64,000 bases of DNA from Oopsacas minuta (taxonomy: Eukaryota; Animalia; Porifera): assembly GCA_024704765.1 (NCBI GenBank), contig JAKMXF010000144.1, positions 1 to 64,000 of the forward strand. Reading direction: 5' to 3'. The first letter of the stretch is position 1, and every line of letters begins with the position of its first letter. The notes beneath the pieces are model-generated. The model was given only the letters and a program-made list of their open reading frames with translations. It did not search any database and was not told the DNA's origin. Shown here in pieces: positions 26,601 through 36,617 of the stretch. Both the position numbers and the translations under genes were made by a program.

Positions 26601-29600
26601 TGGCACATATCCCCAATCCTCCTGTTTATGAGGAGAGGACCATCTCTGTGATTGTATCATAGAGTGCATGAGACGGGAGGTGTAAGGGTGTTTGGGTGGC
26701 ATAACGTGGTAGGATTCTTGTGGTATATGTGGATACATTGAGGTGTAATATTGATAAGGATTTGAATGTGGCTCTATGCCATCTGGAATAGAATGTTCCT
26801 GCTTAATCTTAGGGGGCTTTAAAATGTCCAATCCCTGGTTCTTACTCCTATTGGGCATATAGGGCGGTGAGGTGGAGTCTAGGAAGGAGAGGGGATCTGA
26901 TTTGAAGGTCTGAGGGAGGTGTGGAGTGTCCTCTTCTAACTGAAATGGTTTAATGTCAGAAGAAGTTGGTCTGTCCTCCAATGTGGCACAAGGTGTCGGT
27001 CTGTCACGTGTTAATTTACTGGGAGAACTCATGCCACTTATGAGAGAGCCAGGTGACTCTGGAATATCCTGAGACTCCTCAGAAGGTGGCGCGGGAGATG
27101 TGACACTTAAAGTGTCACTGTGACAATTCTGCTGTTTACGTGTCCGGGTGGCAGAGCGACACAATTCTAGAATTGGCTCAATTGGCTCTCCACGTTTATG
27201 GGAGATGAATGGTAGCAACCACCTTAGATAAATCTGTTTAAGAGCTTTTATTCCTGCAGCACCTTTAGACTGATAGTTGAAAAACTAAACAATAAAATAA
27301 TAGAACAGTTAAACAATTAAACGATAATACGGATAAACGGTTAAACGATAGAATGTTTAGGAATAATAACCTGGAATATTTGCTTCCATTCTTTCTTCTC
27401 ACAGACCTGTTTGATACCTCCGTGTGACTCCACCACTCTATGTAGCCTGAACAAATTCACCTCCTCTCCGCCCACAGATGGCACACGTGTCGGAGTGGCA
27501 TACACACCACCTTGTGCCTCGTATAGGTAATGCATCAGTTGATAATAGAACTCCTGTCCCTCTCTCCCCTGCTCCTTCTGGTACTCAGGGTACAATCCAT
27601 GGTCCAGAATCCACTGCTCGAAGGGGAGAGATGAGTCAATCTTTTTCCTTCCGGGACCTCTCTTGGGGGTAGAGAGGAGGGAGGGAGGGGTGTTCACAGT
27701 AAGGTGTGAAGGGGTTGAATGTTGTCTGGGGAGGCTAGCTGCCTCCTCTCGAGAGAAGGACCCTGTCTCAATACTGGGGTACCTAAATGGTGTCTGAGGG
27801 GTAGAGAGACAGGAGTTCTTCGAGCCTTGTGAGTGCAGGTCTGGGATAGAGGGTGTGGGGGTACGTGCCATACCGAAGGGGACAGGAGGAGGGCTGAGAT
27901 GTGGGGTGTTAGGAGGATTAGGGAAGGAAGGGAAGTCTGAATTGGTCTGAGACAGATTGCTCCTGGGGGCTTGTAGCGTCCTCATAGGAGACATGTTCTG
28001 GTTATTCATGTGATGAGGTGACATGTTATGAGGGATAGGACCAGCGGCCTGTTTTATGTCCCTCTGCATCCCTGGGTACGTGTTCCCCCGGTACATAGGT
28101 CCATACATATGTGGGTATATAGGATGATGGTGTCCCCACTCATTGGGCCAGGTCTGCTCCTGCTGTGGCACGCCAGATGGCATGGTTTCTACCATAGGTG
28201 TCATTTCTTGTCCCCATTGGCTCCACTCGGGGTTAGGTCTCCGCTGCATGGCAGGGGATCCTATATGATAGGGTGATAAGTCGTAGGGGGCTTGTGGATA
28301 CATGTAACTGGGGTAGGGCTGTCGGGGGTGAGGGTATTGATAGTAATCAGGAGGTTTCTGTTTGGCGTGTGAAATATCTTTGTGGTTCTTGTAAATGTTC
28401 TGTTGGATGGCTAATTGTGGCTCAATGCCACTTGAATTCAATGCAGGGGTGTTGGGAAGTGGTTGAGTGTGAGTGTTCCACTTTTGTGGCAATGCTCCGT
28501 TACTCATAAGACTACAAATCTAATCTACATTCCATTAGTAACCATGGCAACATAACGAACAGATATTATATAGCATAACCATGGTTACAAAATACGTGTA
28601 AAGGTATTAGTATTTATTTGTAGGTTAGGGAAGGATCTTCTCATCAAAGGGGAGAGGGAAGGAATGAAAATGATCTGTGAGAGGATCTGGCAACACATTT
28701 GTGTCGAGAGAGAAAAAGTGGCACGTGTGGGACACATTTTCAAATGGCAGAGACAGAAAATTGTGTCACTAAAACCTGAAGAAGTGGAGTGTAGCTTATG
28801 TTGTAGATTGTACTACAGACCGACCACCACACCATGTGGTCACACCTTATGTGAGCCCTGTCTTAACAGGTAGGACACAATTTATCGACCCCATGTTACC
28901 ATGACATATATTTCCTAATCTCATAGGTGTTTAGACCACAATACAATTTGTCCGGTATGCAGATCTCCTCTCACTATCATGCTGGGTAAATACCAACATA
29001 AGCCATGCATTGCCTTAGCAACCATCTTGAAAGAATGTCTCCCAGAGGTATGTAAGGAAGATTAAATGATTACAAATATTTAATTATTGTGACATTAGCA
29101 AAATTCCATAATATGACGTCACAAATATAACTTTGAAATTTGAGAAACTAGCGAGCTGACATAAACTAAATTGGAACTAATAAAGGCGCCAATTCTCATT
29201 AATCCCATACGTGGCGTAATAATTAGATGGATAGAATTTCAAAGGTGGCATTTTGACTCGCGTGGGCAGAGTTCTAAATTTAGAACTCAATGATGAAACA
29301 TAATTTCTATATTATTCAAATAATCAACCGCAATTATTTGTAAAGTAATCTCTATGAAACCAGATAGGAATTTACTGATGAACGAGCAAAGAGAGAGCGT
29401 GACGTGTGGGAAGCCACTTACTTACCATTCATTGATATATTCACCACTTTATACAATTAAATAACACTCATCGTTCCACTTCTGTTTCATTGCCACATAC
29501 CTGGTGTTTGTTATGACGTCATGAGGGGGGAGGGGAGGGTAGAGAGGGGTGCAGAGACAAAGACTAGGGAGTAGAACAGATTGTATCTGAACTAGCTCAA

Positions 29601-31220
29601 TGCAGACTACTATAAGAACCGATCTCTAAGCCTATTCACTGTGGAAATATTATCACAGTATATGGAAGCCTACCAGCTAATGTATTCATATAGGCTTATG
29701 GTTTCTGTTCTTATAACTGTATGCCCCCAGTGGATAGTTGTCTCAGGGAGCTGTAAAGGGGACAGGGGGGCATGAGGCGTGGGGGTAGGGATTAATTAGC
29801 TAAGGGGTGGCATTGTTAGAGAATAGTTATCACTAGATCAATTGCAATTACAAACTGAAAGTATTATATACATACGCTCTAGCTGTACCAGTTACACGAC
29901 ATATTCTAATAGAATAATTATTGGATCACGTCAGTAGACCCATGGGGGATACGAATACTGATCTCCAGTACCAGATCGACCCCTGGGGGATACGAATACT
30001 GATCTCCTGGTACCAGATCGACCCCTGGGGGATAGTAATTCTGGTCTCCTGTAGGTGTTGGTTATTATAATGTAAATATTGTGAATATTCTAAATGGCTG
30101 AAGTCTTATATTTGTGACGTAATCAGTCATACACAGTATCCCTGCCACTTACCAAATGGTGTCGAAAAGACAGACACATTTGTGAAATGATTGAAATTAA
30201 AATATTACAAATCATAACTGAATAACGAAAAGGTAGACTTGTGCAGGTGTTTATCCAGGAATTTCTGGGATGACAATTATTTGGAGGGTAACATGCTAAT
30301 CCCCTGTACTAATTTGAGCCTCACGGTCGACACTTTGTGTCCTTCATCACCTAGATAACCCCTGGCTATGTGTCAGAAGGTACTAGTAGCACCTAGTCAC
30401 TGATCCCCATGGGTCTATACCCCATATATGGTTAATAGGACTACTTAGAGAGGGAGAGGGAGCACAGATCGGAGCAAGGGACCCTGATAAACCTGACAGA
30501 AATCCTCTCGACAGATGGATACCAGGACAGTTTTGAGTTATCATTATTCGTCTGTTGTCTAGCATTTCCATACGTACAATGTAACCTTCACATATTTGAA
30601 CCTCGGTAAGGTGTCATAATATGGAACTAACGGATATGATTATAATATATTCTATAGATATCGTTTGATGATAAGACAAGCATGGGAGAGTGAAAGTAAG
30701 TGCTTTGGAATGTGTGTGCCACTTGGCGACACATTTTATCAATTTGGAACTATCTTGAAAATAAATAACCATCAAATCTTGGATGACGGAAGAGTTATGA
30801 TAAATACCATAGGTGTTAGGAGGTTAGTTCTATTTTAGAACTTTTAATAAGTGTCAGCTATTTATGGACGTGTTTAGATTTACTGTCCTGTCTCACTACA
30901 AGAGAGATGGATACATTGTGGCACTGGTTTGTCTTATAAGTGACACAGACCGACACATCGAGTCGGAAAGGGTTTCTGTAGAAATGAGGAATGCTCTAGC
31001 TTATGCGGTCTCAAGCGCCAACGTCCAAATTGCAGAGATGCTGGGTACGATCCCTGAACACTCTGAGGGAGAGGAGGGACCTGACGGACCCGGTTGGATA
31101 TGGTACGGATTAGGATTGGCTCATCTCAGAGGTACAGAGATCTCCCCGGAGGTGTTAGGTGACACCTCTGCTATATCTCGTTACAGAAAATTAAGAGATT
31201 TATTTTTGAGAAAATTTTGA
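23698..31220 (+). CDS. LONRF: LON peptidase N-terminal domain and RING finger protein (RING-TPR-RING-Lon), 7 exons
   Basis: Exons 23698-24063, 24111-24409, 28624-28869, 28927-29047, 30439-30605, 30658-30822 and 30878-31220 join in frame. Motifs: [68 protein letters not shown]. Confidence 0.9.
24847..28507 (-). CDS. ARID1: ARID1 (BAF250/Osa) SWI/SNF subunit, 4 exons, nested in LONRF intron 2
   Basis: ARID domain (EVNLFRLHRVVESHGG..KQIYLRWLLPF), DPFRLTMALRSG..AWALDYLTILL, and BAF250_C (EWWWSYLENVRED, LVLESLSKLS). Confidence 0.88.
28538..28551. promoter_or_regulatory. RFX X-box-like site upstream of ARID1 ATG
   Basis: GTAACCATGGCAAC matches the RFX consensus, but such words are common across the window, so function is uncertain. 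Confidence 0.4.
29937..30055. repeat. 41-42 bp tandem repeat, about 2.8 units, in LONRF intron 4
   Basis: GACCC(A/C)TGGGGGATACGAATACTGATCTCC..GTACCAGATC at 29937 and 29978, with a degenerate third unit at 30020. Confidence 0.9.
29937..30415. mobile_element. Candidate non-autonomous MITE-like element (inverted ends, flanking TA)
   Basis: TAGACCCATGGGG at 29935-29947 is the exact reverse complement of CCCCATGGGTCTA at 30405-30417. The outer TA on each side could be a target-site duplication. No transposase is present. Confidence 0.35.
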
Positions 31221-31337
31221 GAATTCTAAATTTAGAATTTCTGCCAAATTTATACTCACATTATCCTTTTGTTATATTATTTCACACCTGTGCCACATTT
31301 CACACTCATGTCACAATTTAATTAATCATCCTGTAGA

Positions 31338-31847
31338 ATGTTAGTGTGGCTATTAATAGCAGTCATACTTTCATATAACGCACATTCCTACGGAGTGTTA
31401 GCGTTGCTAGAGGAAAGTTCTTGTCAGCAACTTAATACCAGCTGTGAGGAATGTGTGAAGGGTCTATCTGGTGTTAATTGCTATTTCTGTAAAGGGGAGT
31501 GTCTAGACCTCCAGGGGATCAATTCAGGGGTCTGTACCTTAGAGGACATTAACCTGGGACAGTGCAGTCTCTCAGCTCTCGGCCTTATCGTGGTTATAAG
31601 TGGTGCGGCGTTTCTAGTGGCAGTTGCTGGATGTGCCACTTTTTGTGCCACTATTTATTGCTATTGCCGGTTTTGTCGCAAAAAAATGCGTGCGACCCAT
31701 ACACAAAACCGAGTAGACGCTGAGATGAGTGAGATGCAGGAACGCCACGCCCAGAGGAGGTCTGCACGCACAGCTAGGGGTGACGAACTGAGACGTAAAT
31801 ACGGCCTAGCAGATGAGGACGACATGAGCAAATATCAGAGATTTTAG
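31338..31847 (+). CDS. PTTG1IP: PTTG1IP-like single-pass membrane protein (signal peptide, Cys-rich PSI-like domain, TM)
   Basis: SCEECVKG..CYFC..C, a hydrophobic helix, and C-terminus RGDELRRKYGL..KYQRF matching the family tail. Confidence 0.8.
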   Translation: MLVWLLIAVILSYNAHSYGVLALLEESSCQQLNTSCEECVKGLSGVNCYFCKGECLDLQGINSGVCTLEDINLGQCSLSALGLIVVISGAAFLVAVAGCATFCATIYCYCRFCRKKMRATHTQNRVDAEMSEMQERHAQRRSARTARGDELRRKYGLADEDDMSKYQRF

Positions 31848-31920
31848 AGTATTTTAATAACAAAAATTGTCTGTTTTGAGATTTTATGAAAACTTTAATT
31901 TTAATAAAGTTTTTTTTCTA

Positions 31921-31959
31921 CAAACAAACAAACAAACAAACAAACAAACAAACAAACAA
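31921..31959 (+). repeat. (CAAA)9 microsatellite between convergent PTTG1IP and VMA21 stop codons
   Basis: Direct reading of the sequence. Confidence 0.95.
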
Positions 31960-32214
31960 TTACTCAGTTTTGTAAGTTTCCTCTTTGTATGCTCTTATGG
32001 CATACAAAGCTATAAAAATATGAATAGTCACAACAGCTATAAAAGCAGCTGTTATATCACCTCTTGTTTGTGTAAAGTTAAAGTAGTAAACAGTTATAAA
32101 TCTTGTCAGGAAGAATAACAAAATTGGTAGAATTAGTGTAGTTAGGACAAATCTTAGGTGAGACAGTATCACACTATCTTCTGATGGTTTGGGGTGTTTG
32201 GGTTGTGACGTCAT
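31960..32214 (-). CDS. VMA21: V-ATPase assembly factor VMA21-like, 84 aa
   Basis: Two hydrophobic helices, AAFIAVVTIHIFIALYAIRAYKEE, and a lysine at -3 from the C-terminus. Confidence 0.75.
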   Translation of the reverse strand: MTSQPKHPKPSEDSVILSHLRFVLTTLILPILLFFLTRFITVYYFNFTQTRGDITAAFIAVVTIHIFIALYAIRAYKEETYKTE

Positions 32215-32394
32215 AGCTAATTATTAAATGGGAAACAAATAATTTCTTAATAATAGAGGACACATTCCTGTCCAATTTAGACCCCTCAAGGGTCCAAAAA
32301 ATATTATTCGTAGTTTGTGTATTGGTTCAGGAACTGATAATAGAAATTTAAATGTGGCATGTAGGTGTGAAATGTGGCGCTTATAAAATTAGAA

Positions 32395-32460
32395 CAGCGG
32401 TTCCCAACCTGTTGCTCATGAGACATTTAGTGGTCCACGAATGACAGCAGGGGTCTATGA
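32395..32460. mobile_element. Possible hAT/MITE relic
   Basis: Starts CAGCGGTTCCCAACCT, resembling hAT (Charlie-type) terminal repeats. Shares GGTCCACG and GACAGCAGGGGTC with 23453-23495. Confidence 0.3.
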
Positions 32461-32528
32461 GTGAATAGGGAACTGCTGATTCTTGTCTATTATATTGCTA
32501 TAAATAAATAACATACCTAGCCGTTGCT

Positions 32529-35121
32529 ATGGACTATGAGAAGCTACTCACGAGGGCGTTGAAGGAGGAGAGGGGACACGCACCACACGTAGAACTAACC
32601 AACACCCTTGACAACTTAATAGGACAGTCAGTGGACTATGACGTAATAGCAGTAGCACAATCTACGTGGCAGCGTACCAACAAAGAGAGGCTTAGTCATG
32701 CGTTAAATTCCCGAAATTTTATCCTACAAATCCCAGCTGAGAGAGGACTAGACGCCCAGGGGTACAAATGTGCCTCATGTGCTACTCCCATCGGGATCAT
32801 ATTTGGACCCTCTAGGGTGTGTGCTTATAACGGGAAGGCTTACTGTCCGGACTGCTTCGGGAACTGTGAACGGCTTATACCAGGTTGTTAATATTATAAT
32901 AGAACATATTTGATAATATAGCTCGTTGCTAGAGAAATAATTTATGATTCTACTCGTAGATTGTAAATAATTATAAATATTTTAATTAGCAAATACAAAC
33001 TAACAAACAAACTAACAAACAAACTAGTAAACAAATTAGTAATATATTTGTAGACTGTAGTTCTTATTATCTGACACACTAACTAATCTCCTGTTTGAAG
33101 TTATAGCTATTCCTCGGGGGTAATATAACATTCCTTGTTGGTGTCCCTCTGTTCCTATCGTGTGTAGGAGATTGCCTTCTGGAGAGAATACCCGAATTGT
33201 GTGAGAGCCTTCATCGCTAATAATAAAGTTGTTAAGTGGATCTAGACAGAAGAAGCGAGCGCGTAACATGTCCATTCCTTGTCCACAGGTAATGAGGGAG
33301 TGTAGCTTGTCTCCCTCTAGGGTTAGCACGTGTATACACGGGTTGTTATTTGGACACAGTACGTACATGCGGTCACGTGACACTTTAACATCATATGGTC
33401 TTGTGATTGACTGATGAGTAATGTTACGGAGATGGTTCAGTTCTGTGTCGTGTACGCTGATTCTGTTGTTATCGCTATCTGCTATAAACACGTGACCAAT
33501 GGGATCTGTTGTTAGTTGTCTAGGATATTTGAATTGTCCGCTTTTTGATCCCCTACCTCCTATCTCCCTAACAAGACTCATGTCAGTTAGTGTGAATTGG
33601 TTTATAGTATGACCTTCCAAGCTGTTGACATACACATTCTCTCTGTGTATAGCTATACCCCATGGAAGAATCAGCTGTCTACACCCAGCTGATTGAGGTA
33701 CTCTCCTGAGTCTGAGAATATCACTACTCTGTTATTGCTACTATTAGCTACGAATATTTGTTGTGTATCTTCATGTATAGCTACACCTAATGGAAAATAC
33801 AACTCGCCAGGACCATAACCTATCTCCCCAGTAGCAACAGTGGAAGTTTGGAATTTTGCATAATCTGGTACTCCTGCTGGTACCTGTACGATATCTCCTA
33901 GACGGGATATACTCGTTTCTAGATCACGTGCGACGCACTTCCACTTTAATTGTGTCTCTACGGGGATATTATTTTGTAGGTCTCGTAATTTGTCCTGCAT
34001 GGACTGGAGGGGATTTTCTCTCAGGTCTTCTTGGAGGTGTGCTTGGGCCTCTGTTAGTTGGGCGATCATTTGGTCTCGAGCGATTTCTGCGGCTCTCTTG
34101 TCTTCACGGATATAACGGACTAGCTCCAGCAACTGAACTCTTCGGACATTCAGTAGCCCTATGAGACCATCTATGGTGTAGTTGATGTGTGTCTCTATGG
34201 GGTCTACAATTTGTGGGGCGGTTGGGCATCGTTCTGCCATTTGTTAGTGAATATTTTGAATAGTTTAGATAGGAATTGGTTGCTTGGGATAATCTTGTGT
34301 ATTTATAGCTGTAGATTGTGTTAATATATTATTTGTTTGAATAAACACGAGGTTATACAGGTGTATGTTATTATGTCTCGTTGCTAGGATACTGTAAGGA
34401 ATGTGGTTTATAGTTACTAATTCCAATAATTAACACTAATCTAATTATAACAGGTCGTATGCTACAAAACTGGGACTTCTATATGCATAGAGTTAGCAAG
34501 GAGAGTGCGTCTGTCATAGATGAGATAGTTTCCATTCCAATGCTACACATGACAGCTCTGGCACCAGAACTACATCTATATGTAGGAAGCCTAGACAAAG
34601 TTAGGAAGCTGAGACACCAATTAAGTGGATTGTGTCGCTATCTTAACGCCTGTAAAAAAGTGGCAGAGGCAGAGGGATGGCATCGTGCCATTTCTAAATT
34701 CAAGAACAAGGAATACCTACTAGAACACACAGACATATACTCAGTTCAGGACCTGGTGAGGGTACACATGAGCCTCATGGTACCAGAACTAAAGGATTGT
34801 GTTAATGAAGGAATTTCACACGTCAAGTCATGCTCCGTGTGTCAGGGACAAGCATTTATTTGTGAGGTATGCTAATAATCACTTAACACCTCTGTAACTA
34901 TGTAAATATTCCTGGTATGTCAAGAATTTATAAATATTTTATATTAGATCTGTAACCAAGGACCAGCACTGTTCCCATTTCAAGTAGACAGAATATGGAA
35001 GTGCCCCAAATGTAGTTCCGTATACCATCTCATCTGCAAGCCTGCCACCACCCACTGTCCTAGGTGTCTACGACTATCCAGCAGGCGCCATACTGCCACT
35101 GAACCACTCAATGTGAATTAA
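32529..35121 (+). CDS. Rubicon-homology (zf-RING_9) domain protein, PLEKHM1/PLEKHM3/DEF8 family, 3 exons
   Basis: Exons 32529-32883, 34454-34866 and 34948-35121. Motifs: IPAERGLDAQGYKCASC, YCPDC..IPGRMLQNWDF, YSVQDL, HVKSCSVC..FICEIC, CPKCSSVYHLIC..CPRC. Confidence 0.85.
33036..34240 (-). pseudogene. Coiled-coil + NHL-repeat gene with a 1-bp frameshift near 33678 (pseudogene or consensus error), nested in the PLEKHM-like intron
   Basis: ORFs 34240-33671 and 33635-33036 join into one NHL protein if one G is restored (GTAGACAG to GTAGGACAG, giving GVGQLILPWGIAIHRENVYVNS). The N-terminus VDPIETHIN is homologous to 36682. Confidence 0.8.
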
Positions 35122-35192
35122 TAATATTATAGCAAAGGTGTGAATATAGTATATACAAAACAAGTAATAATTATAAATCAGGTAACTGGTGG

Positions 35193-36205
35193 TCAGGTGT
35201 CTTCAAGGGGGTCTCCACTTCTAATCCTATGAGCTGCCATTAATCTCAGAAGTGATAATATTGGCACATTATAGGTTGTATAACTTTGTTCCAACATTTC
35301 CTCGTTTACACGAAGGACCTCTTCCAAATCCGGTAAGAGCTGATCGCGGGAAATGGCAGAAGAGCCACCTCGAGGTGAGAACAGTTTAATATCATAGTCT
35401 ATCCCAGAAGTGGCTAAAGTTGGCTCTAGAGGGTGTGGTTGTACACAATTAACTACGTGACGATCCGCTTCTAAAAATAACTCTATATCAGCTGTCCACT
35501 TGTTCCAGAAGAAAACTCGTCCACAATCGGAACCCGACACTATATGGCTGTCTCCCCAGAAATTGGCCTGCTTAATCATGGTCCTCACGTTCCTGTGTCC
35601 CTGGTACCAGCTGACCGGCTGACGGACCGATGGTGCTAGGGGCATAGAGGGAACAGGAGGGGGAGAGGAGGGTAGGGGGTCGATGGGAACATCTGAGGTG
35701 AATTCTATGTGAGGCAGGTTATTTGATTGGTCAGTTTCTGAGTCGATTACTCCATCTTCTTCCCCTAACAACGATAAAATATGTAAATATATTAACATTC
35801 CAATTAATAATCTGGTTGCTAACCTGGTACATCAAAATAATGAATTGAGAAATGACTGTCAGAATTTCTAAAATATTAATAAATCAAATAGGAATTAACT
35901 CTATAAATAGGTACAAACCTGTCGTTAGTTTCAGTTTCTGATGGTTCTGTGCGGGAAAAGGTGTTAAAAATGTTTGACAGTCTGTCGGAAGTGGTACCAG
36001 ATGTGGCACCCGAAGTATCGGGTCGAGAAGTGGGCCCAGTATCTGACCAATCAGATCTGAACTTTATCCTCTTCTCACCTTGTGCCACTTCATTTGTTAC
36101 TAGGTGTGAAGGATGTTTAAGATTAGATGGTGTCGTGAGTGGCACAGCCAAGTGTCGCGTGCCACCTGACAGCTGAGGACGCGATACAATAGCGCGATTA
36201 TTTCC
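35193..36205 (-). CDS. DCAF6: DCAF6 (IQWD1)-like WD40 protein, 3' part only (3 exons)
   Basis: Exons 36205-35919, 35868-35824 (approx.) and 35764-35193. Motifs: RIKFRSDWSDTGP and GHRNVRTMIKQANFWG..SGSDCGRVFFW..EADRHVVNCVQPHP..LATSGIDYDIKLF. N-terminal WD40 exons were not found. Confidence 0.82.
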
Positions 36206-36603
36206 CTAAAATAAGACACATTTGTAATAAAAGTGTATGGAATTAGAATTGTCTTTCAATTCTTGTGCCATTCATTAGATATGCCACATTCCTTGTGAGC
36301 TATCTGGTATCCTAGCAGAGCTATCTCTGTAAGAACTATGAGAAGTGTTAGATTACTTACAAATTCAAGTATTTCCTTTCCTAACATTCCTGACTGGGTG
36401 GAGAGTAACCATGTGCATCAGAATAGGCGGGACACAAACAGACGCCACATTCCACCACCTAGCTCTGACATAAGTCTCGATACACATTCTCTCTGGAAAA
36501 TTCCTTTTAAGGAACTAATTACAGTTTAGTTTCATAATCCAATAATTAGATTAATATTAGTGACACTAGAGATGTCACAATTTAGTTAAGACAGCTCTGC
36601 TAG

Positions 36604-36617
36604 TATAAGACACAAGA
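36604..36617 (+). promoter_or_regulatory. TATA-like + ACACAAGA motif upstream of NHL gene, shared with the other NHL paralog
   Basis: TATAAGACACAAGA here; TATAAATACACAAGA on the minus strand at 34307-34293. Confidence 0.5.

Noticed and set aside
29937-30055. 41-42 bp repeats as a CRISPR array
   Set aside because: The units are contiguous with no unique spacers, there are no cas genes, and the context is a eukaryotic intron.
30383-30571. 62-aa minus-strand ORF
   Set aside because: It is antisense to LONRF exon 5 (30439-30605).
33671-33673. TGA between two NHL ORFs as selenocysteine or readthrough
   Set aside because: The downstream ORF is in a different frame, and a 1-bp insertion restores family-typical sequence.
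36338-36529. 63-aa plus-strand ORF ending LWKIPFKEL, resembling a kinase N-lobe start
   Set aside because: No kinase exons follow on this strand and the next feature is the NHL gene, so it is probably chance.
36240-36530. Fragments resembling DCAF6 (DSSARIPD, GKEIL, VPPI) on the minus strand
   Set aside because: They are in different frames, interrupted by stops and only partly in DCAF6 order, so they cannot be assembled into a credible exon.
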